Assembly (NCBI RefSeq): GCF_000008385.1
Contig: NC_006833.1
Span: forward strand, 870,001 to 902,000
From: Wolbachia endosymbiont strain TRS of Brugia malayi
GTDB lineage: Bacteria > Pseudomonadota > Alphaproteobacteria > Rickettsiales > Anaplasmataceae
Direction of reading: 5' to 3'
DNA length: 32,000 nt
Position 1 is the stretch's first letter. Every line of letters begins with the position of its first letter. Position numbers and translations under genes: made by a program. Under the pieces are notes generated by a model, which saw nothing but the letters and a program-made list of their open reading frames with translations, was not told where the DNA came from and did no database searches. Of the stretch, positions 29,550-32,000 are shown in pieces.

Positions 29550-32000
<2,451 letters not shown>

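Overview
This is an AT-rich, gene-dense segment. Its gene set and protein sequences match a Wolbachia-like (Anaplasmataceae, Rickettsiales) obligate intracellular alphaproteobacterium; I cannot name the strain from sequence alone.

Intact content:
- Housekeeping genes: lepA, malonyl-CoA decarboxylase, yebC, bamD, pgsA, a short-form malic enzyme, the bolA-grxD pair, an orphan importer-type ABC ATPase, tatA (55 aa, absent from the ORF track), an ExoD-family protein, cysS, a YqaA-like membrane protein, pgk, a TrxB-like ferredoxin-NADP reductase, tal/fsa, atpD-atpC, pstC, and rpmH (44 aa, absent from the ORF track) with rnpA.
- RNA genes: one tRNA-Arg(CCT), a 5S rRNA, and the 3' ~2.45 kb of a 23S rRNA that runs off the right edge.

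Gene decay: three tracts (about 3.4-7.0 kb, 13.2-14.2 kb and 18.3-20.7 kb) hold at least eight remnants broken by stops and frameshifts. They include a thiamine pyrophosphokinase, an SPFH/band-7 protein, an M23 peptidase, an Amidase_2 peptidoglycan amidase and an efflux adaptor. This is the pattern of an eroding endosymbiont genome.

Repeats: two non-coding dispersed repeat families fill the long intergenic gaps. One is a hairpin-bearing MITE-like family at 7.0 kb and 24.7-25.3 kb. The other is a ~300-370 bp family at 9.0-9.3 kb and 23.1-23.4 kb.

I see no CRISPR, transposase, integrase or phage genes, no defence island, and no convincing new multi-gene system.

Items most worth follow-up:
- An A9-tract frameshift in the essential cysS.
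- The nested inverted repeat array between atpC and tal.
- The second repeat family, which carries a conserved TTACTTGACA block.
- An orphan coiled-coil multi-pass membrane protein.
- Non-canonical bases in the 23S macrolide pocket and in the helix 69 loop.
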